64,000 bases of DNA, taken from assembly GCF_037042905.1 (NCBI RefSeq), contig NC_087251.1, forward strand, positions 22,322,001 through 22,386,000, given 5' to 3'. Source of the stretch: Lytechinus pictus (taxonomy: Eukaryota). Position numbers and translations under genes: made by a program. The first letter of the stretch is position 1, and every line of letters starts with the position of its first letter. Under the pieces are notes generated by a model. It was not told where the DNA came from. It worked only from the letters and a program-made list of their open reading frames with translations, and ran no database searches. This document shows, piece by piece, positions 47,781-62,132 of this stretch.

Positions 47781-49308
47781 CAGAGATGAGAGGGGCAAAG
47801 AGAGTGATAGATAAAGGGAGGGGTATATTCACAACTAAAAGATTATTGACAGTTTTCACCATTTGCCAGAATTGTCAGATTAAATCAATCAGAGGGAATG
47901 GAATGAAAATGTGACAACTATTGCCAATCAGCAAATTCATCATCAAGTGAAATCACGATTACTATAGGAAAATAAAAAAGTGCCGAAAATACACTGTAAA
48001 AAATAATGAGTAAAATTTTACCACCATGATGGTAATTATGTGTCCAACCTGTTTTGGAAAGTATTTTACCATGTTTACCCAATGCAGGAAGCATATTGTC
48101 CGGTGAGGTTGAAAAATAATAAGCAATTACTTTAGAATGGGCAAAAAAATCACACTGGATAAATAAAAATGCCCCAAAGAAATGCCAGATGTTAGATGGA
48201 CACATAATTACCCTCCCACATGGCTTACTTTTCACAAAATTTTTCTATAGAGTGCAAGAGTTTATCATATAGATAATAATTTCAGAATGAGCCAAGATGA
48301 TTTCACTTAGAATAAAAACATGGCAGCCGCTGATGAAAGTTAGGATATGAACAACTATAGATTACATTTCTTCAGATATTTACAAGATATGATAATGATG
48401 ATCGGGCGCCACTGGTTGATCGCCCCTACTTTTTATTAAAAAAGTTCAAACAAAGAAGAGAAATTAAGTAATTATACCCCTTATTTTTCGATTGATAAAA
48501 AGTTGATATAACGCTTGGGTCCTTTGTCCCCTATTTAAAAGAAGATAGTAAATTTCAAAATTTATTGATTAGAATCCACACATATTGGATCATTCTCAAT
48601 ATAACATATGATACTTTTGATAGTGATGATTAGGGGGGGACAACTGCCTCAACTTTTTTTAGTTAAAAAAGAAGAGAGAGAAAGAAAGCAGGATATTCGC
48701 CGCCCTGATGATGATGGTAATTATAACGATGACAATGATCATAACAAAAATATTGATTTCAATGATAATAATTAATAGTGACAATATTGATCGTCATATA
48801 ATAGTAATAGTAATGAAAACAACAATAAAAAAAATAATTTACCAATAACATTCCCCTTTTCGTTATACAAAACATCAAGATAAATGGTTAATTTTAATGT
48901 GACATAAGAAAGGGTAAGGTTGGTTAAATTTTTGAATAAAAATATTCGGACTGTTAAAATTATTCGAGATCATGAAATTCGATCTAAGTACAATATTCCT
49001 ATTTCCATTATTGATTGACAGTCAGTGCAGTGAAAATAGTGTAAGCTAGGAGTTGTCACCTGGGCCCGTCCCCCTAAATCACCACAGATCAATAGCCCAT
49101 TTTGTCAGGGGACTATATTAAATTATGCTCTAACTTTTAATAGAATATATCATTTGAAAATATTTCAAAATATATGCTTTTCCTTTATATTTTGTGATCA
49201 CTGTACTTTTTTTTGCTCCTTAATTGTTTATTTTCCACGTACGATACCGGTGGTGTGATTACAAAATTTCAATGCAGTGATTCAGAAGAAGAAAACTGCC
49301 CCCCCAGG

Positions 49309-50476
49309 CCGGGTGACCAGACGTCCCGTATTTCCTGGGATGGTCCCATATTTTGCTCCTTTATCCGACAAACCCCTCCCGGGACGTCTATTTGTCCCGT
49401 ATTTCAGTATATTGAACAAAATGTAGTTAATACATTTAAAAGTGACGAATGTTCATCAAATAACCAACAGATAATCGATTACTAAACTTTTGCAAGTTTT
49501 TTATTTTTTTTAATTTTTAAATATATTAAAAACACACCATATATAATAATTATTTTTGTCAGATGGTTGTTTTTGTTTGCTGGAAGTTTGAATTTTTCCT
49601 CTTTCTTTCATTTATATTCTTCTTTCTTCATTATTCTATCCTTCGCGCTGCTGACACTTTTTTGTTCCATCTATCTTTATTTGTTATCTTTCTTTCATGA
49701 TCCTTTCTCTCGCTGTGTGTTCATTTTTCTTTCGTTCCTTCTTTCTCTTATTTGCATTCTTTATCAAATTTTCTTTTTATTATTTCCTTCCTTCTTTCTT
49801 TCTTTAAACTGTTCTTTGCTTCCTTCTCCATTTCTCTCCTTTTTTCTTTTTGTTCTTTTTCTCCTTCCATTATTTTCTCTTCTTTTATTCTTTCCTCCCT
49901 CTCTTTTCTCCCTAATTCTTTCATTCTTTATTTTTTTCCCTTCTAATTCCTTTCCCTTATTCTTTCTTTCCCTTCCATCCTTCTTCCTTCCCTAGCTTCG
50001 CGATCCCTTCCTGTTTTTCTTCTTTTATTGTTTCTTTTTTTTTCAAAGAATGAAGGAAACATTTCTCTTTCCTTCATTCTTTCTTTCCGCTCCTTTTTCT
50101 TACTTTATTTTTTCTTTCTCTCCTTTATTTCGTCTTTCACACATTTTTTCATCTTCCCTTCCTTTCTTTTTCTTTCTTTCTATATTCATTTCAAAGAATG
50201 ACGGAAACCTTTTTCTCTTTTTTATTCTTTTTTATCCTTTTATTCTAACTTTTTTTATTTTTCCTTTTTCCTTCATTTTCCCCTTCATTTTTTATTTCTT
50301 TATTCTCAATTAATATATTTTCCTTCTTTCGTATTTTCTTTCTCTCCTTCATTCTTTCGTTCATCCTTCCTTCCAATTCTTTATATTTTTTCACAATTCT
50401 ATAACACTGTGTAGCCTTCTATGTTGATTTTTTGTCGATTGTCCCGTATTTCATTTTGTGAAATCTGGTCACCCTA
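49309..50476. mobile_element. hAT-like element with a pyrimidine-rich low-complexity interior
   Basis: GGGTGACCAGA / TCTGGTCACCC termini; GTCCCG subterminal motifs; CTGCCCCC occurs near both flanks. Confidence 0.7.
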
Positions 50477-51539
50477 CTGCCCCCTTCCCCCGAGTTTTCC
50501 AGTCAATTCAATTCAATTCAATTCATTTATTTTCCATTAAAAACTCAATCAAAATAAATACATACAAAATTCATAAATAAAAATCGGAAGGACCCCAAGA
50601 AAAGCATAGCTTGCGAGGATGGGGGCATTATGTCTTCAGCATCACCTTGTTAATTTTTCGTGTTCCCATATTCCTTATTTGCCTATTGCCTATTTTCCTC
50701 TTTATTTCCATTTTTCATTCATCGAGTAAATCAAGTCTTCTATAATTCATCACATTAATTTTCAATAAAAAAGTGGAATTCATCTTGAATAATATTATTG
50801 ATAATGCCAGACAAACCGAAATGGGGGATCTATCATGAAGCTCTAAACCAAAGAGAAGAAATTACATTAGATTCATTATCATTTCTTCCGGACCTAGGCT
50901 AGTTTGTCGAAAATCAATTATGATAATAGCGATGATTGCCAAATCAATTGCATGTGCGCGCAGAGGGAACTAATCAGCCCCCCATGGCTGACCTTTGACC
51001 GCGCGTATCCTGTTTTCAGTGCGCGTGTCGCCACTCTGTCTATTGATAACTCTGACGCTTGTGTGTTGCTGCCCTCTACGTTCGTTGGTTATGACATCCA
51101 CCAGAATACCGACTTTATCATGTCTCTGAGATAAGATAATATGGAGAAAAGACAATGTTCAGAATACCGCCCCAGGGTACGCCGCTGCCTATAACGTCAT
51201 CCTATGTGGTCGGTTTTGGGATTACATGCGTTTGTATATAGACAAGATTGATAATTTTATTGTTTTCCAAATTAAGAGTTTGATCTTTTAAGGAGAACAC
51301 GCACAGAATAATATTAATAGTATTTACAGGCTATATTGAAAAAACCCAAGCTCTGGAACTTATTTTGGTCAAGTTTCATTTGATGTTTATTTGGCGCAGC
51401 TTTATGTGCATTGGGTTCGTATTTACCTGACATAGCAGTTGAAGCCAAATAAGTGGGAAAAGGAGCAAGAAATCACAAATCAATGGGGAAAATCTGTGGG
51501 GATAACATCAATAAAGCATATCAAGTCCTTTTACGCCTT

Positions 51540-51998
51540 TTTGGACCCCTTGCGCGCGCCAATGCTCAGCGGCGCACGCACAGTCGCACAAGCGCAGCCT
51601 GGTGATATGCATATTAGGTACAGTACGCGCCCGGCCCGAATATGACAACTTGTGCCATTGGCTTGTGGTCTGACCAAAGACCTTATAATATATTACTAGA
51701 CCGAAAGCTGCGTGCGCGTTCAGCACAAAACAAATGAGATTAGGCTCCGCCTACCGCGATCATTTGAAGACAAAAATAAGCCCTCATTGACATTCATGAG
51801 CATGAAGATATTCATAATCCGGCCTTTTCATTGGCTAAGAGCGTCATTAATACGCGATTTCCCCGATTCTTTGTCATCGATACTAGTGGTATCGTGTTAC
51901 AGAATTAATTATTCATTTGACCTCATTACGTCATCTAATTTATTCATTACGAAACTTTTCTTTCCACACAAAAATGGACCTACAAACACTCCGGTGAG
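51540..51998 (+). promoter_or_regulatory. Promoter-like CpG-rich region and candidate first exon
   Basis: Several CCAAT/ATTGG boxes, TTACGTCA, a pyrimidine-rich start-like tract CTTTTCTTTCC, then ATGGACCTACAAACACTCCG|GTGAGT. Confidence 0.45.
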
Positions 51999-52872
51999 TA
52001 CGTATAAATTGATATAACCACATTAATTCTGTGGACTATTTACACATTTCACACTGTATTTTGTGATCTTAGGTTATTTCTGTAACTAATTAGAGAGTTT
52101 GTTATCATTCTTCTGTTAAAGAAAAGCAGAATTTGGTCTTTGAAATTGAAGTTAGATTGTCATCGTCGCCCGGCCCAGTGCAGCCTGTATGTTGCTTTTC
52201 AGTGGTTATGCCGCTGTGTCAACCACATGTATTTTGTACGGGCTCCTAGCCGGCTGGGCATCGAGAGAAAATCGGGCCGGGAGCCCACGATTGATCAAAA
52301 CAAGAAGAATGAAGCTTATTTTTGTACACTGTATAACGTTAGATCTAGAGGAGATCTGCATCTATCTTCAGTAGATCGAGACTCAGTCAGGAATACTGTG
52401 AAGCGGAGTGTGGAAGAAGATATGCCTGTCATCATTGTTTCAATCCTCACTAGATTCTCGTCAGTTTCTATATCAAATTTATTTTGCATAACTTCAGGCT
52501 TCTTCTGCATTTAGCCCCCACCCATTTTAATTCTTATTGTTATTTATATAGTTAGACTCGGTATTAGAAATAACATGCTGCTCTGCATGTTTGTCTCACT
52601 CTTATTATCAATAGATCAAGATCTAATTTCTGGTTAACAGAGCCTAGTCTTTCTTCTTTATTTTACTTTATCAGTTTATGTTACTTTACTTTTATCCATC
52701 GATGCTTGTACGTAGATCTATCTGGGCCTACCTAATTCAAATCTAGTCATCTAACTTATACTTTCCCAACCCTCGACACGTACCCCCAGGGCTTAGGATC
52801 TAGGTCTCTAATTTTAGGCCTAGATGTAGGTATGGGCCTAAACGACTACATTTACATGAGTATGACTGTCGG

Positions 52873-52917
52873 TTACCCAGGGAGCTCCCGCCCGCGCAGC
52901 GGGAGCTCCCTGGGTTA
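52873..52917. mobile_element. 45-bp hairpin micro-element with 9-bp TSD
   Basis: 17-bp perfect stem ACCCAGGGAGCTCCCGC; flanking direct repeat GACTGTCGG. Confidence 0.75.
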
Positions 52918-53499
52918 GACTGTCGGTGGACCAAGGACTAGATCTAGATGATAGATCTACTCTCGGTCAATAATGGCAATGAAGGTTTAGCCAGGAATAA
53001 AAGTCAGACATCAAAAATTTCTAAATCGATATACATCTAGGTAAAGTCACCGAAGGGTTAGCTTTACATTGATCTAGGTCTAGATCTAGATCGAGAGTCT
53101 ATCGATAGTCTAGATCTAGACCTTATTTAGATAGGGCCTACATGAATGCTGTCACGCAGCACTGATTCTGGTTGGACTAGATCTATACTTCCTTACAAAT
53201 AGATCTAGACCTAGTGCATGAGATTATGAAATTATGTTGCTAAAATCAAATGAACTAAGTAAGATTCGGAATAAAAAGATGCAGATTTTTTTTTTTTTTT
53301 TTTTTTTTTTTGGGGGGGGGGGGCAGACATGTGAAAAAAATTAGAGAAACCTGACATTCAGAAAGTGAGGGCCCGAACCTACCAATATTGCCTAGGGCTG
53401 TTTTTTGCATTTTCTAAAGTAGAATTGAAGGATTTCATGAAATTCTTTTTTTTAATGAAGGTTTTCACATTTCAGCTCCCACCCAAACCCCTCCCCCTA

Positions 53500-53792
53500 C
53501 ACTGTTAGAAAATTTATTCTTAAAATAAAAGAAGTTCCTGCAGCAGAGGTTGAGAACACCTGTAATTTTACCAGATTGCATAATCTTACATTATATCATG
53601 TAAAATTACAGGAAATTGGTATTTGGTGTATGGAACCTTACAAATTTCCTTACATAAAACACCATTTTCCTCTTTTTAAACAGACCTGTTCTGTAGAAAA
53701 CTTCCTGTTTTATGAATTTACAGAACGATTTTGTTATTGCTTTCTGCAAAATCTTGTTTTTTTTCTGTAAAATCAGGGTTTTTTTAACAGTG
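53500..53792. mobile_element. CACTG-ended MITE
   Basis: TA|CACTGTTA...TAACAGTG|TA. Confidence 0.7.
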
Positions 53793-54587
53793 TACATACG
53801 GCCATGAAAGAGATCACTTGACACTTATTGTTCTCTCTTTTCTTTCACAAACAGGTTGAGTTTGAAGAACAAGAAAAACAGTAGAGGTCTACCCAGTACC
53901 TATGGTTAAACATGATGATCATAAGTGCATGTATCATTTTGCAGATTCTCATCCAGGTATAAAAGTTAAACTAACCCATAAAAATTACAGATACATTACA
54001 TGCATTGAAATGAATGTTAACCATGTTTACATTAAATAAAAATAACCTGAGCCACTGCTAAGAGGTAGGATCTATACTGAATATACACTTCTTATATATA
54101 CAGGCTCTCGACTCTCTCGAGTCTAAAATAGAACCAATGCCAAAAGTTATGTACCTTGGGCAAATTTATAAAATAAGGTCATGTCCTTGATCTACTATTA
54201 TTTAAATGGCCTTTTTATTTCCTATTTGTTTATAAACAAAGCAATATTTATTTTTCATGTTTTATATTTCAGAAAATTCATTTTATTCATTCTTTAGTGT
54301 GATATTCATATTTCATATTTGTAGATTTACAATTTTTTTAAAATCTTATTATTTTACATTTTGTCCAATAAGATGATGCAGCTCTACAACTTCCATGGAG
54401 GTGATTGATGATGATAAACAATTGGTGAAGTAGGCCTAATAGAACAGTGATAGGACCACAAAGAGAAATACAACCTACAGCAGTTATATGAGTGAGTTAA
54501 TAAGTGATTATTTTTAATAATGGGGGGTTTTCACAATATTTTTAGGCAACAAATAGACCTGCCTTTGAAGAAAACATTTCAATTCTG

Positions 54588-55551
54588 TTTTTGTCTCACC
54601 TGCATAGCAGAGTGAGACTATAGGCGCCGCTTTTCCGACGGCGGCGGCGGCGGCGACGGCGGCGTCAACACCAAATCTTAACCTGAGGTTAAGTTTTTGA
54701 AATGACAGCATAACTTAGAAAGTATATGGACCTAGTTCATGAAACTTGGCCATAAGGTTAATCAAGTATTACTGAACATCCTGCCTGAGTTTCATGTCAC
54801 ATGACCAAGGTCAAAGGTCATTTAGGGTCAATGAACTTAGACCATGTTGGGGGAATCAACATCAAAATCTTAACCTAAGGTTAAGTTTTTGAAATGTCAT
54901 CATAACTTAGAAAATATATGGACCTAGTTCATGAAACTTATACATAAGGTTAATCAAGTATCACTGAACATCCTGCATGAGTTTCATGTCACATGACCAA
55001 GGTCAAAGGTCATTTAGGGTCAATGAACTTTGGCCGAATTGGGGGTATCTGTTGAATTACCATCATAACTTTGAAAGTTTATGGATCTGATTCATGAAAC
55101 TTGGACATAATAGTAATCAAGTATTACTGAACATCCTGTGCAAGTTTCAGGTCACATGATCAAGGTCAAAGGTCATTTAGGGTCAATGAACTTTGGCCAA
55201 ATTGGGGTATTTGTTGAATTACAGCCATAAATTTGAAAGTGTGTTGGTCTAGTTCATAAAACTTGGACATAATAGTAATCAAGTATCACTGAACATCCTG
55301 TGCGAGTTTCAGGTCACATGATCAAGGTCAAAGGTCATGTAAGGTCAAAGAACTTTGGCCACGTTGGGGGTATTTGTTGAATTGCCATCATATCTCTATA
55401 AGTGTATTGGTCTAGTTCATAAAACGTGGAAATAAGAGTAACCAAGTATCACTGAACATCTTGTGCGAGTTATAGTAGTTTTCAAAATCAGCACTGCTGC
55501 TATATTGAATCGCGTGATGCAGGTGAGACGGCCAGAGGCATTCCACTTGTT
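54588..55551 (+). mobile_element. Helentron-associated (HINE/DINE-like) element with internal tandem repeats
   Basis: Subterminal IR GTCTCACCTGCA (54593) / TGCAGGTGAGAC (55518); 5' hairpin partner GTGAGAC; (GGC)n tract; repeat units of about 162-191 bp; T-rich ends. Fragments also at about 3697-4050 and 5530-5812. Confidence 0.8.
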
Positions 55552-58500
55552 AGGTTATAGATAGGTGTCGTTTTTATTCGCAGATCAAAATATTCTGTGC
55601 AACAAAACATCATCTTTAATTCTGACTATTATATATAATTTATATATGTTAATTTATATATTCATATTTATGGGAAATCTCTGACATTTTTTTTTTATAG
55701 AGTACATGTAGTTATAATGGAGAGTGGTATGCAAACTGCATAGAACAGGTTTAAGTGATATGCTTTGTAGAAGTACAAGTTTATAATTAGTAGAAGTAAG
55801 ATTTCCTATGTTATGTGATGAAGAAATTTATATACCGGTATCGGCGGTATGTATAGTCTTACTTTTCTTAAAACATTTATGTTTTACAAATCATGACAAT
55901 TTTAATTTAAATTCATTGATTTTCTTTCTCTATTTTTTTCAATCTGCAGGACTGGTGTAACAGATGTTTTCACTCAAGAAACCCAACAAATTGAAAAGTG
56001 ACTTAGCTTAGGAAGCACTTGATAAAGATGGAAAAGGTTTTTTTTTTTCAAGTCCAATTTTTTTTTTTTTTTAATTATCATCACAACCCCAAATTCATGA
56101 AGTATGAAATTTCCTGTCGATTTTCATTAAAACTGGTTGCAAAAGGAAAAGCTATAAACATACAAATAGGAGCGGCGAAGTGAAGTTGAAAGTAGGGGGG
56201 GGGGGGCACAGGGAAAATGCTGTATTATGTGAAATTTTAAAGAAGTTGCGAGAGAGCAAAATTTTGACATTTTAAAAAAGAAAATCCAATTTTGTGATAG
56301 ATTTCGACAAAATATTCAGAATGATATATTTCACCCTTTTTTTTTTTTGGGGGGGGGGGCAAGATTCCTTCAAGCCCCCCCCCCCCCCTCCATCTGTAGT
56401 GTACGAAACTGCTTATCTACCCCCACTCACATGAATTATTAAACTTAATGCACAAAGGATTTCCTTATTGTTTTCTTGTTTCAAAGGGCACTCGTCATTC
56501 TTTAGGAGCACTTTTCTTGGGTAAAAGGGGGCAGTTATTCGAGAAAGGGCACTTACAAGAAGGCGAGGGGGTACTTTTTAACACTTAAAACGGGCCCTCA
56601 TGATGAAAGGGCACAGAACACGTTCGGGGGGCATTTTTTGGTAAAAATTTGCACACAAGGAAGAGCACTTGGTAACACCGTCAGGTGAAAGGGACACAGT
56701 TCACGTTCGTGAGGGGGCATTTTTCTTACATAAAATTAAAGGCACTTTTCAGTGCTTCAAAAAGTAGGGGGAACTGTGCCACCCAGGATCGCTGCCCCTG
56801 CATACAAAAAACATTTTTGTTCGATTCAAAGTATTAACATACGCTTAAGAAAAAAAGTAAGGCTAAATCCTCTGATAATGTGATATTTTTTCTGGCTATT
56901 AATAAAATTCACAACTAACCAGAAAATGCCTTCATGTCTTTCATTTGTATTCATATAGTATTTGTACAGAGCTAAAATGAAAGGGATTTGGAATTGGCAA
57001 AATTCAAATGAGATGGAGATCGAGAGAGAGAAAGAGTGATGAGAAGGGCCGGGGGTTGAAAAGAGATGAGAAAGAAATGGAGGGGCACATATGAAGAGAT
57101 AATTTAGAGGGGGGGGGGGTAAGAGAGCACGAATGGTGGGAAGTAGGAACAAAGGGGTGGAAGAGAAATTAGACGAGAATTATGGTAACCAAGAGACAGA
57201 TAACAAGTGGGAAAAGAAGAAGGAAATATATGTAGGAGAAAGGCGGCACCAAAATAACGTGAGTGGGAAAATTATTAAATGGAAAAACAGAGCAAGAAAT
57301 GCTGGAGAATAGAGGGGACAGGAAACGTATTAAACATGATAAACTGGGGCCCGTTTCATCATGAGTTACAAGTATGGTAATTATGATTGGTTATATATAG
57401 CCGTTCCCATCGTAGTTAACTACGATGGTAACTGCTATAAACAATCATAATCTAGGTTACCACGGTAATCACAATAACAGCGATGTTTAAATACTAGTAG
57501 CTGTAATTCATTATGAAACGGACGCCAGATGAAGAAAACAGGCACGGGGATCCTTGAGGGCCGGGGCCGGCCCCTTACGTATTATACCTTGAACAAAAGA
57601 TTTTTTTTTTTGCTTCTCGAAATTTGTAACAAGAAATGTACTATATTAGTGGTGACAGTTATTTTTTTCAGTAACCATACTCAACCAGTGAAAATTACCA
57701 TCAAATTGTAATAACCATGTTCTGCCCCCACCCGCCCCCCCCCCCTAGAAAAAAAAAAGAAAACAAGACTTTTGGGTCAGTGCAACAGCCCCCTTTGATC
57801 CGTTCGGCGGCCTCTGCCGGCTATTCAGAGTCTAGATTCAATTCAATTATTTTATTTTCCACTTTCAATTTCATATTTACAATTATGATACAATTGACAA
57901 AGTAACATTAATCACAATTGAAGTACATACAAAAATTGACAACATTATAAAATTACAATAGACAATTATCAAATCGAAATATAAATGATTGAAAGGGAGG
58001 GAGGGCCAACTGAAAAGCAGAGCTTGTATAATGTAGGCCCCCCTAATATTGATTAATTAATATTGATTCTTTACATTTGTTAAAAACTAAGATTGCTGTA
58101 TATCTTAACATGCGACAATTTGGGGATGGCAAAAGCACTTGAGACCTCTTTAACTAATCACGACTTGAAGACTACTCTTTTCATCTTCCCTTTATAGGCC
58201 TATACGACACAATACAAACAATGCTTTGTTTTTAAGTGATATCGATTGTGATATCGATACTTTATTGAGCGCAATGTATCGTCTCAGATTTGCGCTTGCT
58301 TGATTCGCTGAATCCTTCGCGTCACGAGCGCGTAACAAAATGAATACATTAATTAATTTGCCAAGTTGACCTTTGTCATTGCGCTGATGTGCGTATTGTC
58401 TAATACACGTACAAAACCACAGTCGACGAGGGAGCATCGTACGAAATTAATATTAATGAGGGCTTATTTTAGCTTCTAATGGATTAAACAAAATGGCGGT

Positions 58501-59148
58501 AGCTTCGGGGGCTTGGGTCTGACACATGTTTATTTAAAGCTAAAACGCGAACGCGAAGTTTGACCAATGAACATCATTCTTACATCATCGTAAAGCTGAG
58601 AGAAAACTGCACAATGACTCGTGGGAACTAAGCTGTAAGATACCATCAAGCGAAATTGGATCGAGTGGGAAATCGTTTGTGGTGACATAAAGTAGGATTT
58701 TACGTTGAGTTTCATCCTATTTTTGATATGAAAGGGATGTTTTTGACCCCAAAACGCGAATGTAATTAACATCTTTGCAAAAATTTCAATTATTTAATGG
58801 AAATAATATGATATCATCAGCATTATATCATTGGAACTAACTTTTTTCATGAATGACAAAATTGTTAACAAAACATGAAATTTCCAATGGTGTTTCCATA
58901 GAGTGGTAGACAAGCGCGGAAAGCACGCGCAGTTAGTGTCCCATATGATTCGATATGGACTAAGTAGTTACAAAAGAATTTTTCTCTTTGCAATTGAATT
59001 CGTAAATTTGAAAACAATAACCTTTTTACATGCACAAGCATAATCACAGCTGTATCCCCGTAAGGAGAGTGGTAAAACCCTATACTCGCAAATAGCATAA
59101 TGGTACTCATTTTCGAATTTGAACGTTTATAACAGAAATACTCAGCTG

Positions 59149-59690
<542 letters not shown>

Positions 59691-61112
59691 AGGATTTTTG
59701 ATCCATTTAATGTGTATGAAAAATAATAAAAAAGGAAGTACAATTAAAGTGGGGACAGTGTGGCATTTTGGGCCTTAAATGACATAATTTCCATGTAATG
59801 ATGTATATAGGCATTGTGATTATCATGTCGGACACGCTTCTTTTTTTTTCATCGAAATTCCTTATTCTCACTCATTAGTATGATTTTTATGAAATATGCG
59901 AAGCTTGTTTGCAAGCCTCGCATATATATGTATAATAATCATCATTTTCATCATTATGAGGAATATAGACTAAAATACCCGACACAAAGGACTGACGAAG
60001 CGAAAACTTACCACAAAACATTGATTGTGGACAAAGAACGTTTTTTCATAAAATACCGAAAATAGCTGTTATGACTAAGGAAAAAAACACAGAATTTTAT
60101 ACAGACTCGCATACATGATGCTTTTACGTGAAGTACACTTCTTAATGTCATATCACGAGGAATACATTGAAATCCATACACTCAGATTAAATTGAAACTA
60201 TGACGACAGTTTTTTTATGTAAAAATATATATGCCCATCAATTAAGCTTCGAGCTCGCTCGCATGACAGATTCTTTCCATAATGTTGGGACTTCATTTAT
60301 TACCCTTCACAATGCAATCAGGCGCGGTTTTAAGGGGGGCTTTTTGGACTGAAGCCCCCCCCCCAAAAAAAAAAAAATAATAATAATAATAATTTATTAA
60401 TACAGTATACCATTCATGTCGTCAAGTGCTGTAAAATCAAAGTTTTTACTATTGAAATTCGATTTTTTTTTCGCTCGGTCGCTAAACGCTCCCCCGCAAA
60501 ATATCATCTAAATGCAGAATACATTAATGCTCTCTTAAAGTGTGAGTATGGGAAATCAATTATCTCCTATGATACAGTAAACTGCCTTGCAACTTTTTTT
60601 TAAATCAACATCCCTATATACTCTACCCACCACGAATATAACAATACTAAAGCCATAAACTTGAAGTTTTAACTCTCATTCCTTATATTTTTCTTAGAAA
60701 ATGACTCTGTCGCTATATACTCCCTGATTGAGGCTAAACTTATTTAAAACATAGTTTAGAGTCAGGAGTGTCGATCCATGTTTCGGATTATGTCCAAAAT
60801 TTTCGGTGCGAATAATGCAGATATTTGCAAGTGAAGCACACCAAAAAAATGTTTATTAGTATTTCTAAGTCAAGTTTGATGGTTTTATAGCACTTTTAGA
60901 TGTTTCTTCAATCACTTTTTTTTTCAATAGATTCATAAAGGTTTAATTTTGTCAAAATTATTGGGCAGGGCAAATCGATATGTTTGCCGCATCACCAATA
61001 TTTTCATGGCGATCGCCCCTTGCCCCGCCCCATGATAGAAGCAACATGCAGAATGATTTGACTCTATTCTCTACAGTGCTCTATTGTGTAGACTTGTGTT
61101 TTACAGGGCAGT

Positions 61113-61786
61113 GGGTGATTTCAAGTTCGGTGTTCGGTGTTGGTGTTGGTGTTGAGAGCGTAAAAAGGCCGCTGAACCGAGCTCCAACACCGAGCTGGGT
61201 TCAGAGGAATGATACCGATTGCGTTATCGATAGCACATGACGTCACGCCTCTGCGCTGCGCTGCTAAATCATCTCAACTTCACGCGAGAAGTCTCGACGA
61301 CGAAAATGAAATCGGAGAGAAATGCATTAAATTCTCATCGTACAGAATACCAATGTTTTAATTAATTCAAGAATTCGAAAGAGTGAACATTATTCTTCAT
61401 CAAAATATATACAGCTCAAATGATTTGTACTCATCTTAACTGTAAAAGCTCATTTTACGGGGATGTTTCATCGTGTTCGCCGCCTGTTCACGAGCTTGAG
61501 ATTGCCAACACCAACACCAACACCGAACTTGAAATCATGATTTTCCCAATCCCTGGGGGTTGGTGTTGGTGAATGGGGAAATTGCACGTAGATCGTCAAC
61601 ACCAGCCGCAGTGCTGGGTTCAGCAGACGACATTAGACACCAACATTCAACACGAACTGCCGGAAATACGTCATATTTTCCGAGGTCAATCCCAACACCA
61701 GCCTGATTTCAAGTACGGTGTTGTGGCTGGTGTTGGTGTTGTCACAACACCAACACCAGATTTCAACACCGTACTTGAAATCACCC
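61113..61786. mobile_element. PIF/Harbinger-like MITE
   Basis: TIR GGGTGATTTCAAGT; 3-bp TSD AGT; internal (GGTGTT)n / (AACACC)n. Confidence 0.78.
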
Positions 61787-62132
61787 AGTGTCATAAGGTC
61801 GTATTCTTTTGCATTATATATGCATGTTGAATATCCCCTTCAGTAATTTAACGATGTTTTGATGTACATTTATTTGGAAGTTCATAAAGTGCTCAAAATG
61901 CAAGGGTTCACTTCAAAAAATTTTCTCCCTGGTCACTACATTCGCTCGTAATATTTTCAAGAGGTGTCACCGACATTAAAATCCATCTCCTTCCATGTTC
62001 TATTATACCTATTTACCTTCAAAATTTTGAGAATATTATTCTTTAAAAAAAAAGAACACCTGGAGAGAGTAACAGCACAAACTCGTTTCCGGATATCCAG
62101 TCCTACCCCCCTTTTCATTAAAAGCCCCCCGT

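Noticed and set aside
49567..50313. Hydrophobic Phe-rich ORFs resembling membrane proteins (also 10780-11105)
   Set aside because: Low-complexity pyrimidine tracts.
54700..55480. CRISPR-like array
   Set aside because: Eukaryotic context; the units are wholly repeated with no unique spacers and no cas genes.
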